Shown: positions 28,162 through 38,574 of the stretch, in pieces
Position numbering within the stretch: the stretch's first letter is position 1
Layout of the letters: every line of letters starts with the position of its first letter
Source: Candidatus Kerfeldbacteria bacterium
GTDB taxonomy: Bacteria > Patescibacteriota > Patescibacteriia > SBBC01 > CAIJZX01
DNA length: 64,000 nucleotides
Direction of reading: 5' to 3'
NCBI GenBank assembly: GCA_963731735.1
Contig: CAVSWO010000002.1
Location: forward strand, 64,529-128,528
Position numbers and translations under genes: made by a program
The notes under the pieces: model-generated
What the model was told of the DNA's origin: nothing
The model's input: the letters and a program-made list of their open reading frames with translations, nothing else
Databases searched by the model: none

Positions 28162-28577
28162 ACTGAGGACGTTTGGCGGGCAATGAATTTGGTCTTGACC
28201 GGCAATTTATACGCTGCCAGGCGCATGGCTTCTTTGGCAACATCTTCCTTGACGCCATCCATTTCGAACAGCATGGTACCGGGTTTGACGACCACCACAT
28301 AGTGATCAACCGCGCCTTTGCCGCCGCCCATCCGGATTTCATTGCCTTTAAAGGTCACTGGTTTATCAGGAAAAATACGGATCCAGATCTTCCCACCGCG
28401 TTGGACGAAGCGGGTCATGGCCCGACGAGCAGCTTCAATTTGCCGCGCGGTAACCCACTTGGATTCCAAGGCTTTCAGGCCGTAGCGGCCGAAGCTAACG
28501 TCCAGTTTGCTGGTGGCCTTGCCGCGGACGCGTCCGCGGTGCCATTTCCGGTGTTTAACTTTCTTGGGAGTAAGCAT
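28158..28577 (-). CDS. rplP: 50S ribosomal protein L16
   Basis: [19 protein letters not shown]. 139 aa. Confidence 0.95.
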   Translation of the reverse strand: MLTPKKVKHRKWHRGRVRGKATSKLDVSFGRYGLKALESKWVTARQIEAARRAMTRFVQRGGKIWIRIFPDKPVTFKGNEIRMGGGKGAVDHYVVVVKPGTMLFEMDGVKEDVAKEAMRLAAYKLPVKTKFIARQTSSV

Positions 28578-28582
28578 AAAAT

Positions 28583-29242
28583 TTAGGTCGTCGGCGTTTC
28601 ATCTTTGGCGAAGACTTCGCCTTTGTAAATCCAGACTTTAACGCCGATTCGACCGTAGGTGGTATGGGCTTCGCCCCGGCCGTAATCGATATTGGCCCGC
28701 AACGTTTGGAGCGGCAGCGCGCCTTGACTCAAGACTTCCGTGCGAGCAATTTCCGCGCCGTTCAATCGTCCGGCTACGTAGACTTTAACGCCTTTGGCGC
28801 CGGCCTGCATCACTTGTTCAATCGTGCCTTTCAGGACTCGGCGGAACGGTAGGCGGCGTTGCAGTTGATCAGCGATGTTCTCGACCATAATCTGAGCGGA
28901 CAGTTCGGGTTTCTGAACTTCTTGAATATTCAACTTGATGTTGACCTTGCCTTGACCCATCAACATCCGAGCCAGGCCTTTCCGTAACGCTTCAATCCCC
29001 TGACCGCCGCGGCCGATGACCACGCCCGGTTTTGAAGTGTGAATCGTGATCGTCAAATTTTGGAGGGAACGTTCAATTTCAACTTTGGCCACCCCGGCAT
29101 TCACCAGTTTCGTCTTTAAAAACTTGCGGATCTGGGTGTCTTGGCGCAACAGGGTGCTGTAATTCCGAGCCGAAAACCATTTTGAATTCCAGCCGGTGCT
29201 GACGCCGAGTCGAAAACTTTTTGGATGGACTTTTTGACCCAT
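28583..29242 (-). CDS. rpsC: 30S ribosomal protein S3
   Basis: [13 protein letters not shown], with KH domain. 219 aa. Confidence 0.95.
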   Translation of the reverse strand: MGQKVHPKSFRLGVSTGWNSKWFSARNYSTLLRQDTQIRKFLKTKLVNAGVAKVEIERSLQNLTITIHTSKPGVVIGRGGQGIEALRKGLARMLMGQGKVNIKLNIQEVQKPELSAQIMVENIADQLQRRLPFRRVLKGTIEQVMQAGAKGVKVYVAGRLNGAEIARTEVLSQGALPLQTLRANIDYGRGEAHTTYGRIGVKVWIYKGEVFAKDETPTT

Positions 29243-29245
29243 AAA

Positions 29246-29785
29246 TTAGCTGGTTCCTTTCCGGGCAACACGCGCCCCTTCGGCTGATCGTCGCCGTGGC
29301 TTATCTTCCGCGGTCGCCGGTTTGGCCGTCGCGCGACGAGTCGTCGGCTTCGGTTTGGCTGGCGCGCCTTTGGCCGCCTCGGCTCCGAGGTTGGCAGGTT
29401 TGGCGGTCGACTTGGCCGCTGATTTGACCGGCTCGGCCGCGGGCTTGACGGCTTTACCGTCTGACAGCACTACGGTCACGTGGCTCATGCGTTTCAAAAT
29501 TTCGGCCGCTCGGCCGAAGGCGCGAGGTCGATACCGTTTCAACCGCGGGCCTTCGTTGGCGACAATTGATTTGATGAATAAATCTTTTCGTTCAAGTTTA
29601 AAGTTATGTTCCGCGTTGGCGATCGCCGATTCAATCAACTTCGTAATCGGACGCGCCGAGCGTTTCGGCAAGACGGATAACTGTTCCAAGGCCCGATCGA
29701 CCGGTAGGCCGCGAACCACATCAATCACCAACCGAACTTTTCGGGGTGCGATTCGCAGAAAACGTAGATGAGCGCGAACCAGCAT
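29246..29785 (-). CDS. rplV: 50S ribosomal protein L22 with Ala/Lys/Pro-rich C-terminal extension
   Basis: L22 core (about 115 aa) plus a ~60-aa low-complexity basic tail (AAKSTAKPANLGAEAAKGAPAKPKP...). Confidence 0.9.
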   Translation of the reverse strand: MLVRAHLRFLRIAPRKVRLVIDVVRGLPVDRALEQLSVLPKRSARPITKLIESAIANAEHNFKLERKDLFIKSIVANEGPRLKRYRPRAFGRAAEILKRMSHVTVVLSDGKAVKPAAEPVKSAAKSTAKPANLGAEAAKGAPAKPKPTTRRATAKPATAEDKPRRRSAEGARVARKGTS

Positions 29786-30118
29786 TTATTTAGCTCCCTC
29801 CTTAGCCGGGGCCGCCGGGGTCTTGGCGGCCGCGTCTTGGGCGGTTTCCAATTCCTTCTGCATCTTTCCACCGTGGCGAACAAATTTCCGCGTCGGAGAA
29901 AATTCTCCAAGCCGATGGCCGACCATATTTTCAATCACGGAAACGGACACATGATCCTTGCCGTTATGGACGCCAAAGGTGAATCCAACCATTTCCGGGG
30001 TGATAACTGAATCGCGCGACCAGGTCTTAATCACCGTTTTATCGCCCGATTTTAAGCGGGCTACCTTTTTCAGCAGTTTCGGATCCGTGAATAAACCTTT
30101 TTTGAGTGAACGTGACAT
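29786..30118 (-). CDS. rpsS: 30S ribosomal protein S19 (short C-terminal extension)
   Basis: [19 protein letters not shown]...[11 protein letters not shown]. 110 aa. Confidence 0.95.
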   Translation of the reverse strand: MSRSLKKGLFTDPKLLKKVARLKSGDKTVIKTWSRDSVITPEMVGFTFGVHNGKDHVSVSVIENMVGHRLGEFSPTRKFVRHGGKMQKELETAQDAAAKTPAAPAKEGAK

Positions 30119-30121
30119 AAA

Positions 30122-30973
30122 TTAGGATTTTGATTTACGACGAGTAACAATCATCCGATCGGAATATTTTGGCGAGCGCCGGGTGCGAACGCCCAGGGCC
30201 GGTTTCCCTTGCGGCGTCTTCGGGTGCTTCAAACCAATTGGCTGGTTGCCTTCACCGCCGCCGTGCGGGTGATCCACCGGGTTCATGGCTTTTCCGCGAA
30301 CGGACGGGCGAAAACCCTTCCAGCGGGTCCGGCCGGCTTTACCCCAGCGGACATTTCCGTGATCGACGTTTGAAACCTGACCGATCGATGCGGTATTACC
30401 TTTCGGAACCTGACGAATTTCTCCTGACGGAAGTTTGAGTAACGCGTAGTCGCCCTCAACCGACATAACGGTCGCGGATGCTCCAGCCGAACGCACGATA
30501 GCGCCTCCGCGGCCAGCCGTCAATTCAATATTATGGACCGGCACACCGGTCGGAATGTTGGCTAGGCTGGTACGGTTACCCGGTTGGATATCAACTTTGC
30601 TGAGTGAGCTGACCACCGATTGACCAACCTGCAGGTTGGTCGGCGCCAGGATATAGCGCTGCTCACCATTGGCGAATTTGATTAAGGCCACGTGAGCTGA
30701 CCGATTCGGGTCATACTGAATGTCCAAGACTTCGGCTGGTTGATCCAGGCGGGCCTGGCGAAAATCGACCAGACGGTAAAATCGCTTGTTACCGCCCCCA
30801 CGGTGGCGAACGGTAATCTTGCCTTGAAAGTTCCGCCCGGCTTGCTGCGGACGCGGCACCAGCAATTTTTTGACTGGACGCGCCCGTTTGGTCAATTCAT
30901 GATAGGTATTGACCGACGAACGGCGGCGGCCGGGACTGGTTGGTTTGTAGATGCGAACAGCCATATTAGACAT
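30122..30973 (-). CDS. rplB: 50S ribosomal protein L2
   Basis: 283 aa. GRNxxGxITxRHRGGG and the C-terminal HPHGGGEG block. Confidence 0.95.
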   Translation of the reverse strand: MSNMAVRIYKPTSPGRRRSSVNTYHELTKRARPVKKLLVPRPQQAGRNFQGKITVRHRGGGNKRFYRLVDFRQARLDQPAEVLDIQYDPNRSAHVALIKFANGEQRYILAPTNLQVGQSVVSSLSKVDIQPGNRTSLANIPTGVPVHNIELTAGRGGAIVRSAGASATVMSVEGDYALLKLPSGEIRQVPKGNTASIGQVSNVDHGNVRWGKAGRTRWKGFRPSVRGKAMNPVDHPHGGGEGNQPIGLKHPKTPQGKPALGVRTRRSPKYSDRMIVTRRKSKS

Positions 30974-31463
30974 TCATAACATCAATGGTTTTTCCATCGG
31001 GCAGGGTCACAATCGCTTTTTTCCGCCCGCGGGTTCGGCCGTAGAGCCGTCCATAGCGGACCATTTTTCCCAGGCGGTTCATACTATTGACCGCCACCGG
31101 CCGCACGCCGTAGACGTTCTGCACGGCATTTTGGACATCAGCTTTAGTCGCTTCCGGATGAACTTCAAACGTATATTGACCGGCTCGACGCGAGCTTTTT
31201 TCCGTTACGACCGGGCGCAGCAGCGTTTTGAAGGCTTGCTGAGACAAATCTTTCATTTCGGTTGACGCCGCCGGCTGCTTGGCCGGCGTCTCGGACGCAG
31301 CTGAGGAAGGTTTGGCATTTTGATCCGGTTTCTTCTTTGGCTCGGCTTGGCTCGAGGGAACCGAAGCAAAAGCGCGTTTTTTGGTCGCTTCGGCCGCTTC
31401 ACCTTTGCTCGGTGCTTTGGCGGCTTTACCCTTGTTGCTTGTCCAGCGATCGAAAATTCCCAT
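30966..31463 (-). CDS. rplW: 50S ribosomal protein L23 with ~65-aa Lys/Ala/Pro-rich N-terminal extension
   Basis: The C-terminal 95 aa is a canonical L23 (LLRPVVTEKS...YTFEVHPEATKADV). The N-terminal 65 aa is low-complexity and basic. Confidence 0.85.
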   Translation of the reverse strand: MGIFDRWTSNKGKAAKAPSKGEAAEATKKRAFASVPSSQAEPKKKPDQNAKPSSAASETPAKQPAASTEMKDLSQQAFKTLLRPVVTEKSSRRAGQYTFEVHPEATKADVQNAVQNVYGVRPVAVNSMNRLGKMVRYGRLYGRTRGRKKAIVTLPDGKTIDVMNV

Positions 31464-31467
31464 ATGT

Positions 31468-32094
31468 TTATTTCACAAAGGTTTTTTCAATCACGGGCAA
31501 GGCATCCTGCGCAATGACGAGTTGCTGGTGCTTGACCACATCGTAGGTATTTAAACTATCGGCCCGAATCAGCAGAACGCCCGGAATATTGCGACCGGCT
31601 TTGACCGTTTCAGCCATCGAACTTGGTAACACGAACAGCGAGGTTTTGCGTTTTGGCAGGGCTTTGAGTAGGGCGGCCATCAGTTTCGTTTTGGCTTCGG
31701 ATAATTTGAGAGAGTCAACAACCACCACGCGTTCCGCCAGCGCTTTATCAGACAACGCCATCAGGAGGGCCTGGCGTTTGGCTTTCACGTTCATCTTCAC
31801 CGCGTAATTTCGGTTCGAACGCGGGCCGTGGACGACGCCGCCACCCTTCCACTGCGGAGAGCGAATTGATCCGTGACGGGCTCGCCCGGTGCCTTTTTGG
31901 CGCCATGGTTTACGGCCACCACCCCGGACCTCACCCTTGGTTTGGGTATGGGCCAAAACCTGTCGACGTCCGGCCAATTGCGTATTGACCGCTTGCTCAA
32001 TCAAGCCACGATTCGGTTTCAAGCCAAAAACCTTGTCAGCCAATTCGACTTGGCCGGCCGTTTCTCCGGTTTGCTTGTAGAGCGGGGCGTGCAT
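31468..32094 (-). CDS. rplD: 50S ribosomal protein L4
   Basis: 208 aa. GGGRKPWRQKGTGRARHGSIRSPQWKGGG block. Confidence 0.95.
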   Translation of the reverse strand: MHAPLYKQTGETAGQVELADKVFGLKPNRGLIEQAVNTQLAGRRQVLAHTQTKGEVRGGGRKPWRQKGTGRARHGSIRSPQWKGGGVVHGPRSNRNYAVKMNVKAKRQALLMALSDKALAERVVVVDSLKLSEAKTKLMAALLKALPKRKTSLFVLPSSMAETVKAGRNIPGVLLIRADSLNTYDVVKHQQLVIAQDALPVIEKTFVK

Positions 32095-32095
32095 G

Positions 32096-32743
32096 TTAGA
32101 GCGATTGAATCATGACTAAACCATTCTGGGCGCCTGGGATGGTGCCTTTGATCAGGAGTTCGTTGGTTTCCGGTTTCACGGCGACCACGGTCAGGTTCCG
32201 AGTTGTAACGCGAGCATTCCCCATTCGCCCAGCCATCCGGGTTCCTTTCAGCACATGTTGCGGAAAGGTGGCGCCAATTGATCCCGGTGCGCGTAAATCG
32301 TGCTTGTGGCCGTGTGAGGCTGGAGCGCCGGAAAAATGATGACGTTTGACTACGCCCGCGAAGCCGCGGCCTTTGGAAGTTCCGGTTACCCGGACACGAT
32401 CACCGGCGGTAAACACCGAGACATCAATCGTTTTCCCGGGTTCGTAGCCTTCGGTCGTGTCGGTCCGAAATTCGCGGACCCAGCGAAACGGTCCAGCCTG
32501 ACCCCAAGCTTTGGTTTGCGGTTTCGACACCCGACGAGGTGATTTCTTCCCATAACCAAGCTGGACGGCTTGGTAGCCATTTTTGTCCGGTGTCCGGAGC
32601 TGCAGCACCATATTCGGTTGGGCTTGCACGACCGTGACCGGTACGACCACGCCGTCATCTTGGAAGATTTGGGTCATGGCCTTTTTTTGTCCGAGCAGGA
32701 ATTTCATGGGGGTACGAATCGCGGCGGGGGCCAACATGACCAC
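32096..32743 (-). CDS. rplC: 50S ribosomal protein L3
   Basis: 215 aa. MTQIFQDDGVVVPVTVV...GTSKGRGFAGVVKRH. Confidence 0.95.
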   Translation of the reverse strand: MVMLAPAAIRTPMKFLLGQKKAMTQIFQDDGVVVPVTVVQAQPNMVLQLRTPDKNGYQAVQLGYGKKSPRRVSKPQTKAWGQAGPFRWVREFRTDTTEGYEPGKTIDVSVFTAGDRVRVTGTSKGRGFAGVVKRHHFSGAPASHGHKHDLRAPGSIGATFPQHVLKGTRMAGRMGNARVTTRNLTVVAVKPETNELLIKGTIPGAQNGLVMIQSL

Positions 32744-32906
32744 CGCCGCGGTGTCGCCCGCTCGCGCGGGCTCATGTTAGCTGTGTTGTCCGGGGATTAG
32801 GGCGACCAGTACATGTCTTGTCATCCCGGGAACTACCGCCAAATTGATTGTGATCTTGTGTGAAGAGACTTAGGAATTGAGGTCCGGCAAATGGCCGGGG
32901 TAAAGC

Positions 32907-33242
32907 TTAAGATTTTATCTCGATGTCGACGCCGGCCGGCAGATTGAGTGAGGTTAAGGCGTCAACGGTCTTCGGCGTGGGGTCGATGATGTCGACCAAT
33001 CGCTTGTGCGTTCGCATTTCATACTGCTCCCGCGCGTTTTTATGGACGAACGAGGAGCGCTGAACCGTGTACTTGCTGCGTTCGGTCGGTAACGGGACGG
33101 GGCCTTTAATACTGGCACCGGTCCGGAGCGCCGTGTCGATGATCGTCCGGGTCGATTGGTCGATGATCTTGTGATCATAGGCCCGGATCTTGATCCGCAG
33201 CTTGGCGTGGACTTCTTCTTTGGGAGTCGTGGATTCAGCCAT
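32907..33242 (-). CDS. rpsJ: 30S ribosomal protein S10
   Basis: [17 protein letters not shown]...[14 protein letters not shown]. 111 aa. Confidence 0.95.
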   Translation of the reverse strand: MAESTTPKEEVHAKLRIKIRAYDHKIIDQSTRTIIDTALRTGASIKGPVPLPTERSKYTVQRSSFVHKNAREQYEMRTHKRLVDIIDPTPKTVDALTSLNLPAGVDIEIKS

Positions 33243-33272
33243 AGTGGGGTGGAAAGAGCGAACGCGAGTGAA

Positions 33273-34457
33273 TTACTTGATAATCTTGATTACGGCACCG
33301 GCGCCAACGGTGTGGCCGCCTTCGCGAATCGCGAAGCGTTGGTGTTCTTCGAGTGCGACCGGCGCAATCAGTTTGACGTTCAGTTTAATTTGGTCGCCCG
33401 GCATGACCATCTCGGTTCCGCTCGGAAGTTCAATTTCACCAGTTACGTCAGTCGTGCGGATATAGAATTGCGGTTTGTAGCCTTTGAAGAACGGCGTGTG
33501 TCGGCCACCTTCATCTTTGCTCAAGATATAAATCTCAGCTTCAAATTCCGTGTGTGGCGTGACGCTGCCCGGTTTGGCCAAAACTTGACCGCGTTCAACG
33601 TCTTCTTTTTTGGTACCGCGCAACAGTAACCCGGCATTATCACCGGCTTTTCCGGAATCTAGCTGCTTGTTGAACATTTCAATTCCGGTCACCACCGTTT
33701 TGGTAGTGTCTTTCAAACCGACAATTTCAACTTCGTCGTTGAGCTTGATTTCTCCGCGCTCAATACGACCGGTCACCACGGTTCCGCGGCCTTCGATTGA
33801 GAAGACGTCTTCGACTGGCATCAAGAACGGCAAATCGGTGGCTCGCTTCGGTTCCGGAATATATTCATCCAACTTGTTCATCAGTTCCATGATCTTGTCC
33901 TGGTACTGGGCGTCGCCTTCCAGAGCCTTCAAAGCCGAACCGCGAATGATCGGGGTTTCATCTCCCGGAAATTCGTACTTTTTCAGCAAATCGCGAACTT
34001 CAACTTCCACCAGATCAATCAGTTCCGGATCATCAACCATATCAACTTTGTTCAAGAAAACTACGATGTATGGCACACCGACCTGTTTGGCTAGCAGAAT
34101 GTGTTCACGCGTCTGGGGCATTGGGCCGTCAGCCGCTGACACGACCAAGATCGCGCCGTCCATCTGGGCGGCACCGGTGATCATGTTTTTGACGTAGTCG
34201 GCGTGTCCCGGACAGTCAACGTGCGCGTAGTGACGCTTTTCCGTCTCATATTCAACGTGCGCCGTGGCAATCGTAATTCCACGGGCCTTTTCTTCCGGCG
34301 CGTTATCAATGTCGGTTACCGCTTTGTGTTGCGCAACCAGACCCTTGTCGGCCAGGGTTTTTAAAATGGCCGCCGTTAACGTGGTTTTACCGTGGTCGAC
34401 GTGACCAATGGTACCGACGTTGACGTGCGGTTTCGAGCGATCAAACTTATCTGCCAT
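33273..34457 (-). CDS. tuf: Elongation factor Tu
   Basis: 394 aa. [26 protein letters not shown]-motifs. Confidence 0.97.
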   Translation of the reverse strand: MADKFDRSKPHVNVGTIGHVDHGKTTLTAAILKTLADKGLVAQHKAVTDIDNAPEEKARGITIATAHVEYETEKRHYAHVDCPGHADYVKNMITGAAQMDGAILVVSAADGPMPQTREHILLAKQVGVPYIVVFLNKVDMVDDPELIDLVEVEVRDLLKKYEFPGDETPIIRGSALKALEGDAQYQDKIMELMNKLDEYIPEPKRATDLPFLMPVEDVFSIEGRGTVVTGRIERGEIKLNDEVEIVGLKDTTKTVVTGIEMFNKQLDSGKAGDNAGLLLRGTKKEDVERGQVLAKPGSVTPHTEFEAEIYILSKDEGGRHTPFFKGYKPQFYIRTTDVTGEIELPSGTEMVMPGDQIKLNVKLIAPVALEEHQRFAIREGGHTVGAGAVIKIIK

Positions 34458-34502
34458 AGCAGAAGTGCATTACGAATAAAGCGCAAAAATATGCGTGGCG
34501 GA

Positions 34503-34530
34503 TTATATCAGTCAACCATGGATTTGGCAA
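34503..34530 (-). promoter_or_regulatory. Sigma70-like promoter for tuf and the S10/spc cluster (TTGCCA-17-TATAAT)
   Basis: Reverse complement reads TTGCCAaatccatggttgactgaTATAAT, about 40 nt upstream of the tuf ATG. Confidence 0.55.
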
Positions 34531-34578
34531 GTGTCTTGACAAATATCTCGCCGGCGATGATCCTGGGGAATGTATTTT

Positions 34579-34596
34579 TTGGCTAATCTTAGCCAA
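34579..34596. promoter_or_regulatory. Perfect 18-bp palindrome TTGGCTAA-TC-TTAGCCAA upstream of the tuf promoter (candidate operator/TF site)
   Basis: Perfect 8+2+8 inverted repeat, read directly. A near-copy lies about 85 bp away at 34664-34681. Confidence 0.4.
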
Positions 34597-34663
34597 TTAT
34601 TATCATATTTTTCGGCTGCAGTTGCGAAAATCGGTCAAATACAGCCTGCCATGATTTATTTTT

Positions 34664-34681
34664 TTGCTAAGGTTAGCCAAA
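34664..34681. promoter_or_regulatory. Imperfect second copy of the palindrome (TTTGCTAA-GG-TTAGCCAAA)
   Basis: Same half-site TTAGCCAA as the first copy. One base missing in the left arm. Confidence 0.3.
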
Positions 34682-34726
34682 TAAAAGCAGTTGTACACAG
34701 ACTTCCCACGTCTTATCCCGTTTAAC

Positions 34727-35272
34727 CTATTTTTTTAGGTGTTCTGCTCGTGCGAATAACCACCGGCCCGTCAGCACGTCCCAAACAAAAACGCGCAAAT
34801 GCGGAATGGTAAACTCTCCCGAAATATCGATTTTCTTCAATTCCGCTTGGAGTTTTGCAAACTCTTCGTGCGGGATTCGATTAGCGACCGTCACGTGATG
34901 TGAGGCCGGGGCGGTCCAATCGACCGGCGGACGCATTTCCGCCGCCACAATTTCCGGGATCTGCCGAGCTAATTTTGCCCGAACATCCTTGGTCCCCTGC
35001 TCGCCGGTTTCTAACCACAACACATTTGAACGCTCATGAGTAAAAGCGCCCCAACCTTGGAGTTTGACCGGAATATTGACCTCCATCGATTCAATCGCTT
35101 GAATTGCGGCCTCGGAGAGATCGCTGGAAAATGGCGCCACGATCGTAATATGGGGTGGCAACCATTGCTTCGACCAATGGTCATACTGCATGCGCAAATC
35201 CTGGACATCTTTGGCCCAGGGATCAGGAATCGGTGCAATGATGACGTACCGTTGAGAAAATCGCATAAGCAA
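34727..35272 (-). CDS. 2H phosphoesterase (LigT-like 2'-5' RNA ligase) family protein
   Basis: 181 aa. Two H-x-T-x motifs (HITIV, HVTVA) at the expected spacing. Confidence 0.65.
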   Translation of the reverse strand: MLMRFSQRYVIIAPIPDPWAKDVQDLRMQYDHWSKQWLPPHITIVAPFSSDLSEAAIQAIESMEVNIPVKLQGWGAFTHERSNVLWLETGEQGTKDVRAKLARQIPEIVAAEMRPPVDWTAPASHHVTVANRIPHEEFAKLQAELKKIDISGEFTIPHLRVFVWDVLTGRWLFARAEHLKK

Positions 35273-35350
35273 TCCGTATGTCGGACTCGCAGCGTACCAA
35301 ATGCTCCCGCGGTTGTCCAGGTGGACAGGGCCAAACCGGTCAGTCGAAAA

Positions 35351-35987
35351 TTATAAATGACTGGTATCATTCAATCGTTCGAGTTTCGGGTGGTGGTCTT
35401 GATCAAAATCCACCACGGATACTCCGGTATTGTCGTGCCGGTACTCCGGATGAAAAGACGCGTCACCATGAAACATGATAGTCAGCAGGCTTCGAATAAC
35501 TCCCCCATGACTAACCACCACCACCGTTGCCGGCTGTGCCTGTCCAAGCAATTCCCGGTACCATTCCCGGACTCGTTCGTGTAAATCGTGCCATGATTCC
35601 CCGCCGGGGGCTCGGTAATGATGCATGGGGATGCCTGATCGGGCTTGGTGCTGCTCGTATACTTGCATAGCCTGGCCTTCGAGAGCTCCGCTACTTTTTT
35701 CCCGTAATCGCGGATCATAGAGCGATTTCAACCTCGGGATGAAATTGCCGGATCGCCTCGGTAGTTTCCGAAGCGCGCTGCAAATCACTGCTATAAATTT
35801 TATCAATCTGGATTGAGCGCAACCGTTCTCCTACCCGTTGGGCTTGGGCTCGACCGAGCGAATTCAGTTTTCCAAATCGATGACCCTGCACCAAGCCTTG
35901 GGCTAACGCATCTGTGTATCCGTGTCGAATGATGATGAGACGCATCGGGTGAAGTATACCAAGCCTGCACAAAAAAAGACCACCCAA
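35351..35987 (-). pseudogene. Histidine phosphatase (phosphoglycerate mutase family) gene split by a frameshift
   Basis: ORF 35715..35987 carries the RHGYT catalytic N-terminus. ORF 35351..35806, in another frame, carries the C-terminal VVVSHGGVIRSLL block. The two overlap by 92 nt. Confidence 0.6.
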
Positions 35988-35996
35988 GGGGGGTGG

Positions 35997-36350
35997 TCAC
36001 GTGGTGGGAACAGCTGCCAAACACTTCGGTAGGTGCTGATGACGGAAGCGCCGCAGCTGTTGCTGCGTATGAACGTCCAGGCCCTGGTTGTTTGGCGGAA
36101 TACACCGTTCCGGATGAGCCTGCAATTTCAGCAGATCATGCTCGAGTGCCGCGCTGAACGGTTGCGTGACTGATTCGTCGTCAAACGCATGCCCCAGATC
36201 GAGACGTTCCCGGGCGCTGAGTTCATACATGACGTGGTGAACCAGTCGCCGTTGGGCGGTCGTTTCGTATGACAGTTCCAACGCGTCCAGAATCATCTTG
36301 AGGCGTATCAGGGTCATCCGTCCGCCCGGTTTGGAATGAGTTTCAGCCAT
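35997..36350 (-). CDS. Hypothetical protein (117 aa from Met24 of the track ORF)
   Basis: Start chosen at ATG 36350 because AGGGAGG lies 5 nt upstream and a strong promoter sits just 5' of it. The track start at 36419 would overlap the fusA terminator. Confidence 0.4.
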   Translation of the reverse strand: MAETHSKPGGRMTLIRLKMILDALELSYETTAQRRLVHHVMYELSARERLDLGHAFDDESVTQPFSAALEHDLLKLQAHPERCIPPNNQGLDVHTQQQLRRFRHQHLPKCLAAVPTT

Positions 36351-36390
36351 CCGACCCTCCCTGGTAAAAGGTGCGAAAAAGGTATGGGCG

Positions 36391-36419
36391 ATTCTAGCAA
36401 ATATTTGTCTGGCGGTCAA
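36391..36419 (-). promoter_or_regulatory. Sigma70-like promoter (TTGACC-17-TAGAAT) internal to the str region, downstream of the fusA terminator
   Basis: Reverse complement reads gaTTGACCgccagacaaatatttgcTAGAATcg. It is followed by SD AGGGAGG and the ATG at 36350. Confidence 0.55.
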
Positions 36420-36434
36420 TCCGACCGATTCGAC

Positions 36435-36465
36435 AAAACCCCGCCGGCCCGTTGGGCCGGCGGGG
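36435..36465 (-). terminator. Intrinsic terminator immediately after fusA
   Basis: Reverse complement reads CCCCGCCGGCCC-AAC-GGGCCGGCGGGG followed by TTTTG. Perfect 12-bp GC stem. Confidence 0.7.
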
Positions 36466-36482
36466 CATAGCTTTCGCTGGAG

Positions 36483-38570
36483 TTACTTACCTTCAGCTTT
36501 GGCTTTGTCGCCCGCGATTGTTTCGGCCACGTTCCGCGGTACTTCCTGGTAATGCGAGAATTCCATTGAATACGACGCCCGGCCTTGGGTCATTGATCGA
36601 ATGCTGGTTGCGTAACCGAACATTTCGCCCAGCGGTACATCGGCGTGAATGACTTTAGCCTGTCCGCGTTCCGTCATTTCTTTAATCAGGGCTCGCTTTG
36701 AATTCAAATCGCCCAGGACGTCACCCATGTTCGGTTCAGGCGTGATGACTTCAACTTTCATGATTGGCTCAAGCAGGACTGGTTTCGCGCGCTTGGCCGC
36801 ATCTTTAAAACCCATCGATCCCGCGATTTTGAAAGCCGCTTCAGATGAGTCGACTTCGTGATACGACCCGTCGAACACCGTGGCTTTAATGTCGACCATC
36901 GGGAAACCCGCGATCACGCCGTTGTCCATGGCTTCTTTGATGCCTTTATGAATCGGTTGGACGTATTCCTGGGGCACGACGCCGCCTTTGATCTCGTTCA
37001 CGAACTCAAAGCCCTCACCGCTGGCTTTCGGTTCAACCCGGATCCAGCAATGGCCGTATTGCCCGCGACCGCCCGACTGACGGATATATTTCCCTTCACC
37101 TTCAGCGGTCGCCGTGATAGTTTCCCGATAGGCAACGCGCGGCCGGCCGACATTGGCGTCGACTTTAAATTCGCGCTTGAGCCGGTCAACAATAATTTCC
37201 AAATGCAATTCGCCCATGCCGGAAATTACCGTTTGGGCTGTTTCTTCATCCGAGCGAACACGGAACGTTGGATCTTCTTCCGCCAACCGCGCCAAGGCCA
37301 TGCCCATTTTCTCCTGGTCCTGCTTGGTCTTCGGTTCAATCGCAATATCAATCACCGGTTCCGGGAAGGTAATGTTTTCCAGTTTGACCGGATGATCGGG
37401 ATCAGACAGCGTGTCACCGGTGACCGTTTCTTTCAAACCGACCGCCGCCGCGATATCGCCCGCGAAGACTTCCTCGACCTCTTCCCGGCTGTTGGCATGC
37501 AGGCGGACAATTCGACCGATGCGTTCTTTGTTGCCGGTCGTCGTGTTCAAAACATACGAGCCAGCCGTTATTGTTCCGGAGTAGACGCGGAAAAAGGCTA
37601 GCTTCCCCACGAACGGATCGGCCGCAATCTTGAAAGCCAGTGCGGCAAACGGCGCCGCGTCATCGGTCGGGCGTTCCACTTCTTTTTCGGTGCCCACTTC
37701 AACACCGACGACCGGTGGTACGTCCAGCGGACTCGGCAAGTAGTCAATCACCGCGTCGAGCAGCATTTGCACGCCTTTGTTCTTGAGGGCCGAGCCACAC
37801 AAGACCGGTACCAACTTGTTGGCGATCACCGCTTTGCGCAAAACCGGCTTGAGTTCCTCAATGGTCGGTTCGGTCCCGCCCAAGTATTTTTCGAGTAACG
37901 TATCGTCTTGTTCGGAGATGGCTTCGATCAAGGCGTGACGATATTTCTCGGCCTGGGCCTTGAGATCTTCCGGTACCTCCGAATCTTCCCACTCTTTGCC
38001 GGCTTCATCCTTAAAAATCCGGGCTTTCATGGTCAAGAGATCGACGATACCCGTAAAGGTTTCAGCCGCGCCAATCGGCATTTGAATCGGGTAAGCCGAG
38101 GTCGTCAGGCGCTCATGAATCGATTGCAAATCAAAGGCGAAGTCGGCTCCCATCCGATCCATTTTATTGATGAAACAAATCCGGGGGACTTTATACTTTT
38201 CCGCCTGGTGCCAGACCGTTTCTGATTGCGGTTCCACGCCGGCCACCCCGTCAAATACCACCACCCCGCCGTCGAGCACGCGCAGACTGCGCTGGACTTC
38301 AACCGTGAAGTCAATGTGTCCCGGCGTATCGATCAGGTTGATTCGATTTTTATTCCAGAAACAGGTGGTGGCGGCGGCGGTAATCGTAATCCCGCGTTCC
38401 TTTTCCTGCTCCATCCAGTCCATTTCGGCCTCCCCCTCGTGGACTTCACCAATTTTGTGCTTCTTGCCGGTGTAATACAAGATGCGTTCCGAGACCGTGG
38501 TTTTCCCAGCGTCAATATGGGCGATAATCCCGATGTTCCGTGTATTCTCTAAACTATATTCTCGTGCCAT
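36483..38570 (-). CDS. fusA: Elongation factor G
   Basis: 695 aa. [21 protein letters not shown] motifs and domains II-V. Confidence 0.97.
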   Translation of the reverse strand: MAREYSLENTRNIGIIAHIDAGKTTVSERILYYTGKKHKIGEVHEGEAEMDWMEQEKERGITITAAATTCFWNKNRINLIDTPGHIDFTVEVQRSLRVLDGGVVVFDGVAGVEPQSETVWHQAEKYKVPRICFINKMDRMGADFAFDLQSIHERLTTSAYPIQMPIGAAETFTGIVDLLTMKARIFKDEAGKEWEDSEVPEDLKAQAEKYRHALIEAISEQDDTLLEKYLGGTEPTIEELKPVLRKAVIANKLVPVLCGSALKNKGVQMLLDAVIDYLPSPLDVPPVVGVEVGTEKEVERPTDDAAPFAALAFKIAADPFVGKLAFFRVYSGTITAGSYVLNTTTGNKERIGRIVRLHANSREEVEEVFAGDIAAAVGLKETVTGDTLSDPDHPVKLENITFPEPVIDIAIEPKTKQDQEKMGMALARLAEEDPTFRVRSDEETAQTVISGMGELHLEIIVDRLKREFKVDANVGRPRVAYRETITATAEGEGKYIRQSGGRGQYGHCWIRVEPKASGEGFEFVNEIKGGVVPQEYVQPIHKGIKEAMDNGVIAGFPMVDIKATVFDGSYHEVDSSEAAFKIAGSMGFKDAAKRAKPVLLEPIMKVEVITPEPNMGDVLGDLNSKRALIKEMTERGQAKVIHADVPLGEMFGYATSIRSMTQGRASYSMEFSHYQEVPRNVAETIAGDKAKAEGK

Positions 38571-38574
38571 AGGC

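Noticed and set aside
36858-37601. 247-aa plus-strand ORF inside fusA
   Set aside because: Antisense to EF-G, which is unequivocal.
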